Origin: the human T2T-CHM13v2.0 reference genome, Homo sapiens
Assembly: GCF_009914755.1 (NCBI RefSeq)
Contig: NC_060925.1
Direction: 5' to 3' (one strand)
Length of the DNA stretch: 64,000 nucleotides
The position numbers and the translations under genes are program-made. The notes under the pieces were generated by a model, which did no database searches, had not been told where the DNA came from, and worked only from the letters and a program-made list of their open reading frames with translations. Below, in pieces: positions 42,946 through 58,557 of this stretch (position 1 is its first letter; the number at the start of each line of letters is the position of its first letter).

Positions 42946-44099
42946 TAAAAATATATTGTCTAACTCTTGAATATTTAGGTATTTTCTAGTTCTCTTTTGA
43001 TTATTGACTTTTAGTTTTGCACTGTAATTGAAGGACATACTCCACCTGCTTTATAAATTTTGCAATTTGTCCAGTTTCTCTACTTGGTCCCTTGTGAAGT
43101 TTGCTCTGTAACCACCTATCTGCTATTATAGAAGCAAATTATCACTGTGCTTTTATGTGAATTTTCTTGATTACTGAAGCAATTGGTCATCTTTTGGGGT
43201 GTTTATCTTTTGTTCAGAAATTTTAAATTTTGACAAAGTGTAATTTAGTACTTTTTCTTTAAAATTTGTGTATTTTATTTCATGTTTCAAAATACTATTT
43301 CATAACTTGACATCCAACAGAATTCTTAGGCATTTTATTTTTAGTTTTTATAATAACAAAACAGCATATTACACCAAGGTACCAGGATAAAATATAAATC
43401 ATGACTGGTCTAAGTAAACTGATATATACTATACCCTATCAATAAGTCATTTTTTTAACTTCTCATTTTACTTCGTTTGTTCAGATTGATTGAGGACCTC
43501 CTAACAACAATAGCCACATTTTATTTAATTCTCACAATAACCCTATGAGGTAGGTATTATCATCCTTGGTTTAAATGAGGAAAGTGTCATGTAAAGGTAA
43601 GGAATCTGTAAGCAATAGAACCAGTATTAGAATTCAGGCAACCTTGTTCCAGGATGTAAGTCTTAGTCACTATGGAATGCTAAGGTCATTAGCAGCACAC
43701 GAATAACTGTAGTAATTACTCCCTTTGCCTTAGGGATTTCTCTTGGTTCTGCTCCTCTTCCTTTTCTTTCATCTAGTTTTTCTTGTTTCCATTTCTCTGT
43801 TTTTTACTTAGATTCTGACTTTTTGCTTAGGTCCTCTGGATTGACAGTTCTATTTTAATGATCTGCTTAGCTTTGATTTAGTACTAACTTTTTATTGCTG
43901 CCTACTAAATTCGGCTCCAATACATGGCCATTCCTTGAGCTTTCACTCCATACAAGGCTAAGGCTGAGTCTACTGCTTGCTTAACGTGGATTACTAAATG
44001 AGAACTATGCTATACTCTTCTCAGAACTTTAATAACAACTAGCAACACATCCAGTGCCTTCTCTAAACATAACTTGTTCATTCATTTATCCATTCATTT

Positions 44100-44268
44100 A
44101 ATCTTTCCCTCTTTCCTTCTTCTTTCTTTCCCTTTTTTCCTTTCTTTCTCCTCCTTCCTTCTTTCTTTTCCTTCTTTCCCACTTCCATTCCTTTCCCTTC
44201 CCTTCCCTTCCTTTTCCCTTCCCTCCCCTCCCCTCTCCTCCCTTCCCTTCCCCTCCCCTTCCTTTTTC
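44100..44268. repeat. CT-rich polypyrimidine low-complexity repeat (CCCTT-type)
   Basis: Directly visible; sits at an L2 3'-end motif. Confidence 0.9.
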
Positions 44269-46110
44269 TATTTGTCAGGCATTTATCAATGTTGAACTGA
44301 TCTGTTATAAGCATTGGACATATGGAGAGGAATAAAGTATGTGCCTTGCCTTGTAGGCCTCATACTCCAACTGAGAAGATAGGTTTTAAACATAAGATAA
44401 TCAGTGTGCTAACATTACATAAAGTATTCTATATTCCTTATGGATGTTGTCACAGAAGAGGTAAGATATGAGCTGGATCTTCAAGGATAAGTTTTTCAGA
44501 TAGATAGGAATGAAGTGCTAGGAGCTAAGACTTAATTTAGAATGCAAGATCTCCATATATTCCTTTAAATAGAATAAAATTAGCTTGAGGAAAAGTGCTT
44601 TGATGATGCTGGAAGAGGTGCTTATGGTCCCCAAAAAAGGACAGAAAACAGTAAATTTATGACATTAAAATACTTCATTTGGGCCTCTACTTTTGTGCTC
44701 TCTCCCTCCTTTACTTCTTCATATTTCTCAAGGTGGTTTAGGTAACCACAATACTTGCGACAATTTATCAGTACCTCATATAGCAAGTGCAAAATACAAT
44801 AGAGGTCCATATTCAAGTCTGAAACCCTAAGAAGCCACAACATCCCCTGCAAGATCTGAGAGCATTCAGGCCCAGGGCTCATTTATCCTGCACAATCTGC
44901 TGTCACTGTAGAGTAATTCAGTGAGCCATTTGAAAGCTTTTCCCTTTCTTCACTTTATAGAGAGTTTTCTTGATAAGCATTAATAAAGGTAGTTATTTTA
45001 GAAAGTGCAATTACTTTAGGCAGGTTAAAAACAGCCCAATATATATGTTGTTTTTCTGTCTATACATCATTTATATTGTGTCTCTCTTTCTTAGAAAAAT
45101 GACGTCCAACAATTTCGATTCCTAAAACATTTTTGTTTATTATAATTTGCCTATAAAATATGGCCTAGTCATGATATTGAGAATCATTTTCATTTGTTAC
45201 AAAGTTATAACAAATAATAATCTATGTCTTTCCTAAGTTAAAGAAGACTTTTATCTTTTTATTATTGGGATGGATTGCTACTGCTCAAATGATCACATTT
45301 ATGCATATTACTAACCTCTAAATTCATGTGATTTCTAGTCCAATTTATTTCTTTTCAGGTCTTCAAGAATTCACAGCACTTTTTTTAAATTTTAGTTTAC
45401 GTTCAGGGATACACATACAGATTACTTCATCACCCAAGTATTAAGCCTAGTGCCCATTAGTTATTTTTCCCGATCCTCTCCCTCCTCCCACCCTCTATGG
45501 TCTAGTAGGCCTCAGTGTCTGTTGTTTCCCTCTGTGTCCACATGTTTTCATCATTTAGCTCACTTATAAGTGAGAACATACAGTATTTGGTTTTCTGTTA
45601 CTGCATTAGTTTGCTAAGGATAATGAACTCCATCTCCATCCATGTTCCTGCGTAGGACATGATTTCATTCTTTTTTTATGGTTGCATAGTATTCCATGGT
45701 GTATATGTACCACATTTTCTTTATCAAATCTACCACTGATAGACATTTAGGTTGATTCCATGTCTTTGCTATTGTGAATAGTGCTGCAATGAACATACAC
45801 ATACATGTGTCTTTATAATAGAATGATTTATATTTTTAGGTATATACCCAGTAATGGCATTGCTAGATCAAATGGTAGTTCTGTTTTTAGATCTTTGATA
45901 AATCGCCACACTGCTTTTCACAGTGGGTGAACTAATTTACACTGCCACCAAAAGTGTATAAGCATTCCTTTTTCTCTTTTATTTTTTGACTTTTTAATAA
46001 TAGTCATTCTGACTGGTATGAGATGGTATCTCATTGTGGCTTTGATTTACATTTCTCTAATGATTGATGATGTTGAGCTTTTTTTCTTACACTTTTTGGC
46101 TGCATGTATG

Positions 46111-46451
<341 letters not shown>

Positions 46452-46746
46452 TAATGGTATTTGGATTTTTTTTTTTCTCGTAAATTGTTTAAGTTCATTA
46501 TAGATGCTGGATATTAGGCTTTTGTTGGTTGCATAGTTTGCAAAATTTTTCTCCCATTCTGTAGGTTATTTATTTACTCTCTTGATAATTTCTTTTGCTG
46601 TGCAAAAGCTCTTTAGTTTAATTAGATCCCATTTGTCAAGTTTTGCTTTTGTTGCAATGCTTTTGCCATCTTTATCATGAAATCTTTGCCCATTCCTATG
46701 TCCAGAATGGTATTGCTTAGTTTTCTTCCGGCCTTTTTATAGTTTA

Positions 46747-46839
<93 letters not shown>

Positions 46840-47598
46840 CTAGTTATCCCAGCACCATTTATTGGATAGGGAGCCTTTTCCTCTTTGTTTGTTTTTGTCT
46901 GCTTTGTTAAAGATCAGATGATTGTAGGTGTATGGCCTTATTTCTGGGCTATCTATTCTGTTCCATTGGCCAATGTGTCTATTTTGGTACTCGTGCCATG
47001 CTGTTTTGGTTACTGTAGGCCTGTAGTACAGATTGAAGTTGGATAGTGTGATGCCTCCAGCTTTGTTCTTTTTGCTTAGGATTGCCTTGGCTATTCAGGC
47101 TCTTTTTTGATTCCGTATGAATTTTAAAGTAGATTTTTCTAGTTCTGTGAAGAATGTCATTGGTAGTTTGACAGAAATAGTATTGAATCTATAAATTGCT
47201 TTGGTCAGTATGGCCATTTTAATGATTTTTTTCTTCCTATTTATGAGCATGGATTATTTTTCCATTTGTTTGTGTCATCCGTGATTTTCTTGAGCAGTAT
47301 TTTGTATTTTTCATTGCAGAGATCTTTTACCTTCCTAGTTAGCTGTATTCCTAGATATTGTATTTTGATTGTGGAAGTTGTGAATGGGATTGCCTTCTTG
47401 ATTTGGCTCTCTACTTGTCTATTGTTGAGGTATAAGAATGCTAGTGATTTTTGAACATTGATTTTGTATCCTGAGACTTCACTGAAGTTGCAAATCAGCT
47501 GAAGGAGCTTTTGGACTGAGACTATGGGGTTTTCTAATATAGAATCATGTCATCTGCAAACAGAGAGAGTTTGAAGTCCTCTCTTCCTATTTGGATAC

Positions 47599-47952
47599 TG
47601 TATAGTCCATTCTCACATAGCTATAAAGAACTACCTGAGACTGGATAATTTATGAAGAAAAGAAGTTTAATTGACTCATATTTCCGCAGGTTGTACAAGA
47701 AGCATGGCTGGGAGTCCTCAGGAAACTCACAACCATGATGGAAGGTGGAGGCAGGAAAGAGAGAGCAGAGCGGGGAAGTGCTACACACTTTCAAACAACC
47801 AAATTTCAGGAGAACTCACTTACCATCATGAGAAGAGCATGGGGGAAGCTGCCCCCATGATTCAGTCACCCCCTACCAGGCCCCTGCTCCAACATGTGGG
47901 GATTACAATTTGACATGAGATTTGGGTGGGGACACAGAGCCAAACCATATCA
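47599..47952 (-). mobile_element. MSTA-like MaLR solo LTR inside L1
   Basis: TG...CA ends and terminal gggacacagagccaaaccatatca. Confidence 0.92.
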
Positions 47953-48287
47953 GGTGCCCTTTATTTCTTTCTGTTGCCTGATTTCTTTGGCCGGAACTTC
48001 CAGTGTTATGTTGAATAGGAGTGGTGAGAGAAGGCATCTTTGTCTTGTGCTGGTTTTCAAGGGAAATGCTTCCAGCTTTTGCCCATTCAGTATGACGTTA
48101 GCTGTGGGTTTGTCATAGATAGCTTGCATTATTTTGAGGTATGTTCCTTTGAAACCTAGTTTATTGAGAGTTTTGTTTTTTTTTTTAACATGAAGGGGGT
48201 GTTGAATTTTATCAAAAGCCTTTTTCTGCATCTATTGAGAGAGCCATGTGGCTATTGTCTTTAGTTCAAATAAAGCTTACTTGATCA

Positions 48288-48597
48288 GGCTGGGCACAGT
48301 GGCTCATGACTGTAATCCTAGCACTTTGGGAGGTCGAGGCGGGTGGATCACCTGAGGTTAGGAGTTCAAGACCAGCCTGGCCAACATGTTGAAACCCTGT
48401 CTCTACTAAAAAATACACACACACAAAAAAAATTAGCTGGGCATGGTGGCGAGCACCATAATCTCAGCTGCTCAGGAGGCTGAGACAGGAGAATCGCTTG
48501 AACCCAGCAGGTGGAGTTTGCAGTGAGCCAAGATCACAGCACTTCACTCCAGCCTGGGCGAAAGAGCAAAAGTCTGACTCAAAAAAAAAAAAAAAAA
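48288..48597 (+). mobile_element. AluS inside L1
   Basis: Full dimer with a degenerate TSD ttacttgatca/ttacttggtca. Confidence 0.95.
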
Positions 48598-50484
48598 GTT
48601 ACTTGGTCATGGTGGATAAGCTTTTTGATGGGATTCACAGCAATTTTAAGCAACTCTAAGTTATCCACTTTCTATTTTTTCCTACATCTAATATTTTCTA
48701 AATGTATTGGCTAACTCCTTTTTCCAAAGTACAAAATAAAATGATTATTTAAAAAACTGATTGCTCCACAAATGCACTAATACAAAAAGTAGACAAGTTA
48801 ACAAAAAGGAGAGAAAGAATAGATAACATTTTTTAAAATCAAATTATAAATGACAAAATTATGTTTTACAGATAAGGATCTAGCAATCATATTCAAGTTC
48901 AGAGTCATATGTATTTTATCAATGTTTAATAAGAGGAAATAGGTTTAATCTATAGTAGAAGTTATTAAATTAGATATTAACAGTGGTGCTCATCTCCCAC
49001 TAAATTTTGAAGCAAAAAAGCAATTTAAGAATAGTTCTGGCCTGGGTTTCCAAATTAAACTTTATTTACAAAAACAGGAGAGTTACGACTCCTCCAAAAG
49101 AAAGAGTAGTTTTACCTGGAATAATGTAGAATTGCTGCAAATAATAAACTTAGGATGGTAAAAAAAAAAAACAAACAAAAACACAATGACAAGTCATAGA
49201 GCTTATTTAGAATAAGTCTTCAACCGATTTAGGTATGTTCTCAGTGCCTCCAATAGATAGTTGTGCAGGCCACTGAATATGCATTTTAGTACACAACAAT
49301 CAGTAGAAATTTTCATACCTTCACCTCTGATTTCTGAATGTTATTGGTTTATAAATTATATAAATTTTAAATGTAATCAAATATAAAATATTTACAAAAT
49401 TGGAGATTAAAGGATAAGGCAAATATTAAACAAATATAATTTATAATATGTTTCATTTCATTTATGAATGATTCAAAACATTTCAATTTCCCTGAAATAT
49501 TTTTATGTAAAGTAAAATATCAAAAATGTTTTTTTATTGATATGTAAGAATATTTTCTTATGAGAAAATTATTAAGAATATATTTCATTATTGTTAAAAA
49601 TTTATATCATAAAACAATTCTGATACTTAGTTTTAATTATTGTCATAACTCAAACATGTAAGCTACATTAATATATATATATCCAAAAGAAGAAATATAT
49701 TATTATCTGTGCTTATTAAATCATGGTATATTTTATCTACCAACTATGCAAAAGTTTTTGTTTAAATGTTTCCATTAAATTCCTGGCACTTCCGATGTCC
49801 ATCGGGTATTGCTGCATAATAACTGGAAGATTTTACAGTTTTATATTTTTAAAAATTAGTTCACACCCTGCAGAAATTTCACGGTAAAATTTAAGTTTAG
49901 AAAATGATGCTTTAAAGTTTTTTAAAGGTACTGCATCCTATGTGGCAAAACAAAGCTCAGAAATGAAAAATATTTTTATTCATCTGTTTTAATAGTGCAG
50001 AAAATGAATATATGCATTTCTCTGTTGAACCCTTGTGTTGTGAAACTGTCACAGGTCCTTCCGAATATCTTTACCTCCTGACAGAGGACCAGGCTCAATT
50101 TCTCTATTAATTTATAGCAAAGTACTTCCTTCTTTTTAAAAAAAATTACATGTTCTCATTTTTGCTTCCTTCACTTCAATGGGTTGCCATGAGTATTTCC
50201 TGTGGGAAGGCATTCCGCACTTTGTAGACCATTGGTCTAGCCTCTATATTAGCGAATACTGTGGTCTGTGGATGGGGTTCTGATCAAATGGATTGTGCTT
50301 GGGTCCACAATTGATAGCTTTGCTTGATAAACAGATTTCTTCTATTGAGTCACTATCTTCCCTCCTTCAAATTCTACTGTTTGGTCTTAGTTTAGTTTAC
50401 TGGAAATGGTAAAAATCATATCACAATTGAGTATTTCAGGGCTAGAGGGGACTTTAGAAGCCATATGGCTTGGTTTCCCACTCA

Positions 50485-50631
50485 GCATAGGTATAGGTTT
50501 CCTAGATTTAGCAAATAAAAATACAGGGCATACACTTCTTGAATCTCAAATAAACAACACATTTTAAAGTATACATATGTTGGAAATATTTGCAAATACT
50601 TAGCATTCTGTGTTTTTTATCCAGCAACTCT
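50485..50631. mobile_element. MER53-like element, internally deleted
   Basis: agatttagcaaataaaaatacagg...ttttatccagcaactct termini. Confidence 0.7.
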
Positions 50632-50897
50632 GTATATGTGGCCTCTCTATCAGATTTTTAGCATGTGGGTAGCTAGCCTCACCCTTCTCTGAATAGAAAA
50701 TATTATATTTTGGTACAAAAGGAGGTAATTGATTATAAATGGAGTATATATGTATAAACACTGAAATTGGCTAGGGTGACAGTTTTATTTTCATTTGCTC
50801 TTTGTTTTGCGTATAAATTATCCAACATCTAGTCACGATAGATCCTTAGAAGCTTTATGTAATGGCAACAAACATAATACAAAAAGTGAACTTCAGA

Positions 50898-51206
<309 letters not shown>

Positions 51207-51804
51207 TAAATTTCAGATCTTGAAGATCCAGGTCTCATGTGTCATCAGTGAGGAAGATGTACTACAAAATGTTGAGTTGATTAAAGGCACAAAATAATGG
51301 TGGCTGAACTGCACAGACAGCATATGTTTCCGGACTTCTGGTCAGAGAAAGTCTTCTTCACTGACTGCAGGATATTCTCCAAGATTCCTGGTAGGTTTGA
51401 TCTTCTAGGACATCCACAGATCTCTAAAGAAACACCAGCCTTGGAGCACAGTTTGCTGTCTGAAACTTCGGTGTTTGCATTCATTTTCAAAGAAACTCCC
51501 AAAATGCACTTGTCAAATGATGCAGAGAAAAACTCACCTCCAAAATTCATTCTCAGTCATGGACAATGCATATTGCCATTCTGCTATAATCTTAAATGTG
51601 AGTTAGGATAAGGAAAAAAAAGAAAACCTCCTTTAAGCTGAAATCACTACTGAAATACAGCTGTTGTGTCTATGTAGCAGATTTGGAGACTACAAAAAAA
51701 TGGGCTGTGGAGGTAAATTAAGAAGTTTGGACTCTAAGAAAAAGGTTCCTTATTATAGACATACTAAAGCTAGTACATGAGCTGGAGATGGAGCAGGGTC
51801 AGAT

Positions 51805-51982
51805 TCAGGGTCATGTGATTTGTGCAGTCACACAAGGTCCAGCACCTAGAAATGCCCTATGCTTGGTTTAATGCTTTACTTTCATTGTCTTGAAATTCTT
51901 AATCATTTTGAGCAACAGGGGGCGGGGGGGTCCTGCATGTTCATTTGGCAGTGGGTCCTGGAAATTATGTAGCTGCTCCTGG
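51805..51982. mobile_element. MER91A-like hAT element
   Basis: tgcagtcacacaagg...cttggtttaatgct...cttgaaattcttaat motifs. Confidence 0.75.
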
Positions 51983-52351
51983 ATGACCACTTTGGCCAAG
52001 GCTGTGGTTTGTGGCCAGAGAGCAGAGCTTTCTCATATACTATATTCTCTTCAGCGACAGCTCTGTGTCCACAAGGTTTGCCATTATTCATTGGGGTCTA
52101 TCACATGTACACTGTCCATTCAAGTCATGTCCATGCTTTGGACTTCCATTATCATTTCCTTTTGTATTCAATTGGTCGTAAGATCTATGGTTTCTACCTC
52201 TTGTATATATTTAAATTCTATTCCCTTTTCTATCTCCTCTGCGAATGACTCCCTTCAATCCTCTTCATTTCTTACTTGGTCAATTACACTAACTATGTTA
52301 TTGGAATATCTGACTCTAGCTTAGTCTTATCTTCTCCAGTTCATTCTCTAT

Positions 52352-52593
52352 AGCAGGTTCAAATTCTGCTTATTACAACTGACAGCTTTTGTAAGTAAAG
52401 TTTTCTTAGAATACACTTATATCCCTTAATTCACATGCTATCTATGGCTGCTTTCGTGCTCGAGCTGCAGAGTTAACACAGACTGGTATGGCCTGCAAAA
52501 GCTCTAGTTCTAGCTGCAGTTGCAACACAGACTGGTATGCCCTGCAAAAGCTAAAATACTACTTGGCCATTTACAGAAAGTTTGCTAACCCTT
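52352..52593. mobile_element. MER58-like hAT element with internal duplication
   Basis: ttttgtaagtaaagtttt, tctatggctgcttt and tttacagaaagtttgctaaccc motifs. Confidence 0.75.
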
Positions 52594-52906
52594 ACTTTAT
52601 AATTATGACAGAATCATCTTCTAACATGCACATTTATTATTATTATTATTTTACATTCTGGCTTAATTATTCTATTGTTTCAACTTAAACTCTAAGCTAT
52701 TCAGCTTGGCATATTGATTTCTAAAGCAGTCTTCTGCCTACTTTAGCCTCTATACTAACGCACCTCAATATCAAGCGATGCCTTGACCATTGGTCCCTAT
52801 GGGGTGGAGAGGAGTAGGTGGGTGGGAGGGAGGTGGAGGAAAAGTTTAGGGCAAGGTTGATCAGATTAACTTTAGAAGATTTTTCAAATGTCCCCTATTA
52901 AATGGC

Positions 52907-53262
52907 TGTCTTAGTCTTCTTGGGCTGCTATAACAAAATACCATATAATGGGTGGCTTAAACAACAGACACTTACTTCTCACAGTTCTAGAGGCTGGGAA
53001 GTCTAAGATCAAGTTGCTGGCAGATTCAATGTCTGGTGAAGGCTTTCTTTCTGGCTGGCGGACAGCCACGTTCTTATTATGTTCTCACATGGCAGAGTAA
53101 GAGAGCGAGCTCAGGCCTTACTTCCTCTTACTAATCCCATCATGGGGACCCCACTCTCATGACCTGATGCAAACCAAAGGCCCCAAATACAAATGCCACC
53201 ACACTGAGGGTTAGGGGTTCAGCATATGAAGTTCAGAGAGACACAAACCTTCATTTCATTAC
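52907..53262 (-). mobile_element. MLT1A/MSTD-like MaLR solo LTR
   Basis: tgtcttagtc...gggctgctataacaaaatacc and ctcacagttctagaggctgggaagtc. Confidence 0.88.
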
Positions 53263-56200
53263 AATGGCCCTTTGTGGGACCATATAAAAATGGGAAAACG
53301 GGGAGGACACATGTAGTTTGAAAAAAAAAAAAAAGAAACTCATGATCTCTTTTTGCTTCTCCTAATTCCTCCCCCCTTGAGAACCAATTATCTAGACATA
53401 CCAAACCACTTTTGCTTCTCTCACCTCTGTGATTTTGCACATGCTGCTCCTCTCTCTGGAACACTCTCCCCCACCATGCGTCTCAGGCTAACTCCTAACA
53501 GCCTTTCAGGACCCTGTTTCAACCCTGTTGACATGACCTCAGATTCTCAGACTGAGCTAGATATCTCTTCTCTGTGTTCCCTTAGAATCAGTTTGTACTA
53601 GTTTTAGTATTTATTAACAGCATTTTAGTTGTGGCTCTCTTTCTAGTTGTTAGCCATTATATAATGATATATGTTTATATCATTAATTCTGGAAAAATGA
53701 TTAGCACACAGTAGACATTCAATAAATGCTTGTTGAACTGATTGATGGAAGTTTTTGTCACTTGGCCAATAAATGGGAATGCATATATGTAAACCGTATT
53801 CAAGATACTGACATGTTTTTGTTCAGTTTTTAAAAATCAGTTAGGATTTTGATTTTATCATGAAGATTTTTTCTTCAGAATCTAAAATTGACTAATAAAG
53901 TTAAGTTTCTCTTTAAAAATAACCTTTCTCATCAATTTTATAAACAAAGATGAATATATATCCTCTAACCCTCTTCCTTTTTGTGATTATTTCTTATTTA
54001 AACATTCAAGTGATAGAAGAGCCCTAATCTACTCTCCAGAATTTGGTGGTGAGTTGTTGTTGTTATTGTTGCTGTGAACAATAAATTATTATAGCAAAAT
54101 GCCACACAGGCTGGGCTGCCTGCTACAGATCATTAGTTACTTCTTTGCCTTCTAGAGCCTCATGGATTTAAAAAGACAAGACCAGGAAAAATATAGAGGA
54201 TTTCCTTCTGCCCCTTGTTTGGAAAGCATGGCTTTTTCAAGGAGATTAAAACTAATTTTTATTCAGGCTGTAAATATAATATATAATTATCCAAACAGAA
54301 GAGATCTTCACTGATAAAAAAATACCCCAAATTCAGCATATTTCTATAAAGATTAACATTCACTGCTTACTATGTGTCAGATGTTATCATAAGCATATTC
54401 TATGCATATGCACACTAAAATTTTAACAGTGCTATATTACTGATGAGAAAAGGAGGCTTAGAGGGATTATGCTGTACTTAGTAGGCAGTGAGGTCAGAAT
54501 TAAAACTCAGGTGTTCTGATTCCAGAAACTTCATACTTATCTGCTATATTCTAGTCCTTCTGAAACAAAGCACCCCTTTTCCTTGATGTGCAGTCAGGCT
54601 CCCTGGAATATATCGTGTAGTTACATAGCATGAAATTTTATTTCTAAAATAAAACTCTGCATAGTGTTTAGAGTGACCTACATAATATCAGAGGGGCAGT
54701 GGCTGCCTCTGTGACAGAGGAGGCATAAGAAGTCAGTCAAATGACTTTGTCAGCTTCATATGCCGGAAATTAAGAGTGACTGCAGGACTCTACTAGTTTG
54801 AGCTCCCAAGGTATAGAGGATTGGCCGTTGACTTTGAGCTTTCTCAATCATTTATTCTCATCTACTGATGGGAATAGCATATTTTGTCTTGGATTAAAAG
54901 AAAAACAACTTTGCAAGCCTCATTAAGCCAAGGATAATATCATCTCTAGAGATAAAATAACATGCCAGTCATTCAATCTACAAGCAAATAAAGTACATTT
55001 ATAAGTATATTTGATTTTTACCATGTTAGACCTCAATGGACCTGTACGATGAATGCTGGGGCTTAGTGAGGCAAAGCATCAAATCCGAGGCCATGTGACA
55101 GAATTGGAACTAGAACCAAGAGGTATTATCTTTTTACCAATGTATCTAATGGTCACATTCCTTATTTCATGGTTGTGCATTTGGTCATTGATTGCTTGTA
55201 GCTCTTGGCATTAGGATAATTATTTATTATAAATGAAATAAATTTGAGTCAGTGATAATATGTTGTCAGGTATGTGAGGTTGCAATATACTTTATATCTT
55301 TAAATTCTTCAACCAACATACATATAGCACGTCACTTATGTGATAATATCTAACTCTTGATAATTCAAATTGGTTCTCATTCTTCTGATGTCATCAGTGC
55401 CAGTCTAGTTCTCTTTCTGATTATGACTGTGGTGCTTACTTTAGTGTAGTTGCAGCCATAGGATACCAGGATTCTCAACTTTCCTTCTCTTGTCCTCCCT
55501 CTTCCTTTTCTTGTTTTTTATATTTTTCATTCCAGCTTTCTTAAAACATAAGGTCTTTGGTATTTTCTAAGACTTCCATCTGTGTTTTATTTCCTATCCT
55601 CTTTTATTTCTTTCAAAACTTGGCTTTGAAAGAGTTCACTTAGTCTTTTTTAAGTTTTTCTGTCCCCTCACCTAGGCCTGAAAACATGCTCAGGTACTCC
55701 CTAACACTGGAAATACCCTCTTAGCCCTGCCTGGAGCTAATAATCTTATTGTTCTTCTTCTATGCATCTCTAAGTTTCTTGAAAAGTGGTGTGCGTTAAT
55801 TGCTACACTGCCTAACCACTAATTCATAGCCCCATACCATGTGTCTTGCTTCCCCATCCCTCTGATGAAATTGCTGTCTCAAAGGACAACATGAATTCAT
55901 TATTGCCAAATCCAATGGCCTTTTCTTATGTTTGAGCTTCTTTTTCATGGCTGCAGCATTTGAGAATTTTTCTTTTCTTGAAAATATTTCCTCTTATACT
56001 CTGTGACCCCACCATTTCCTACTTTCCTCCCACCTTTGTATCACTTCTCAGTTTTCTTATCTAGTTCCTCTTCCATCTCTTTCCTCTTAAGCTCAGACAT
56101 TCCCCCAAGGTTCTGTTCTCATTTATTTCCTCTACCTTTCACTCTGTCTTTGAGTCACTCATTCTCTTCCATAGCTTCAATTATCAGAGAAGTTGCTGAC

Positions 56201-57009
56201 TTTCTGAGTCATAGACTTTAAGTAGCTGACCAAAGCAATGAAACTCCTCCTTCAAATATTGACATAATAATAAACCATTTTATAACATGTGCTCGTAACA
56301 TTTATTGAGCACTTACTATTTGATCTATTAAATCCTCACAACAACTCCATGAAGTTGGATAAGAAAACTTGCCAAAGAGCCACACTTTCCAACTTAATAT
56401 AGCTGGGATTCAATCCCCAGCAGTTGACTATAAATAACCTAGGGCACTCAAATTCTGCATATATTAGAAGAATTGTGGCACCTTGAATTTATTTGCAGGA
56501 ACTCCTAAGCTATCACCACTAGGATGGTAGCTACAAAATCTTTCTGTCTAGCTACAGCCTGAATTCCATATAACTCTCTTTCTAGAATCGATTTTATTGA
56601 GGCAAATTGATGTAATATAAACTGCATATATTTAAAGTGTTCAATTTCATAAGTTTTGGCATATATACATATATGTATCTCTATAAAACCTTTACACTTT
56701 CAAGATAGTAAACACATCAATTTTCTGCAAACGTTTCCTGAATACCCTTCTCATTCCTTCTTACTTGCCCTCATTTCATTTGCCCAGAGGCAATTACTGA
56801 TCTGCTTTCTGTTACAGGGAAATTTGCATCTTCTGGAGTTTTATAATTAATGGAATCATATCGTTTAGCCTTTTTATCTATCTTCATTCACTCAGCTTAA
56901 TTATTCTGAGATTTATTCATGTAGCTGTATGTAACAACACTTTGTTCTTATTTACTGCTGAGTAGTATTTCATTATATGGATATACTAAAATTTATCCAT
57001 TAACCTGTT

Positions 57010-57271
57010 TTTATATATATATTTATATATATATATAATACTTTAAGTTCTAGGGTACATGTGCATAACGTGCAGGTTTGTTACATATGTATATATGTGC
57101 CATGTTGGTGTGCTGTGCCCACTAACTCGTCATTTACATTAGGTATATCTCCTAATGCTATCCCTCCCCCTTCCCCCCACCCCACAACAGGCCCCGGTGT
57201 GTGATGTTCCCCTTCCTTTGTCCAAGTGTTCTCGTTGTTCAATTCCCACCTATGAGTGAGAACATGCGGTG
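57010..57271 (-). mobile_element. Short 5'-truncated L1PA (PA4-7-like) 3' end
   Basis: L1 3' UTR with TSD TAACCTGTT (57001-57009, 57272-57280); tail converted to (TA)n. Confidence 0.9.
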
Positions 57272-58248
57272 TAACCTGTTGATGGACATATTGGGTTGTT
57301 TCCATTTTGGGATTATTGAAAACAATCCTGCTACAAATTTTTTGTGTCTTTGTTTGGACATATTCTTTTATTTTTATTGGGTAAATAACTAGGAGTGGAC
57401 TTGCTAGGTATATAATACATATACTTTTACAACTTTTAAATGATGGCAAACAGTTTTGCAAAGTGACTGCACCATTTTACATTTCCATCCTCATTGTCTG
57501 AGAATTCTAGTGCTCCACATCCTTGGCAACACTTGGTATGGCCAGCATTTTTAATTTTAGCTGTTCTAATAGGAATGTACTGTAATCTTGCGGTTTTAAT
57601 TTTCATTTACCCAATGACTAATACATTTGAGCATCTGTTCATGTGCCTCTTGGCCATACACTTGTATTCTTTTGTGATGTGTCTCTTCAAATAATTTTTC
57701 CATTTTAACAATTGAATTTTTTTCTTACTCTTAAGTTTTGAGAGTTCTTTATATTATCTGAAGAACTCTCAAATAATACAAATAATATCTGTAACAATTG
57801 CCTTATTACAGATATTATTTGCAAATATTTTCTCCCAGTCTGTGATTTATCTTTGCATTTTTTAACAGTAACTTTTAAAGGTCACACATTTTAATTTTTA
57901 TAAAATACAATTTATTAACTTTTAATGGATTATTCTTTCAGTTTCATATCAATTAAATCTTTGTTTAATGCAAAGTCACAAAAAATTTCTATGTGTTTTA
58001 CAAGTGTTAATGCTTTTGGTTTTGCATTTAGGTCTAGGATCAATTTTTAGCTAATTTTTGTATATGATGTGAGGTGCGAACCAAAGTTTATATTTTGCAT
58101 GCCATTATCCAATTGTTCTAGCACCATTTGTCAAAAGACTATCTTTTCTCCACTGAATTGCCTTTTCACTGTTGCCAAAAAATCAGTTGTCTCTATATGT
58201 ATGGGCCTGTTTCTGGACTCTGGTTTGGTCCATTGATCTATTTGTCTA

Positions 58249-58557
<309 letters not shown>

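Noticed and set aside
51281-51611. Overlapping 104-aa and 89-aa ORFs and a strong minus-strand donor (GAG|GTGAGT near 51537)
   Set aside because: No recognisable homology or exon chain. A lncRNA exon cannot be supported from sequence alone.
51890-52324. 144-aa ORF
   Set aside because: It spans MER91-like and L2-like remnants, so it is a chance open frame.
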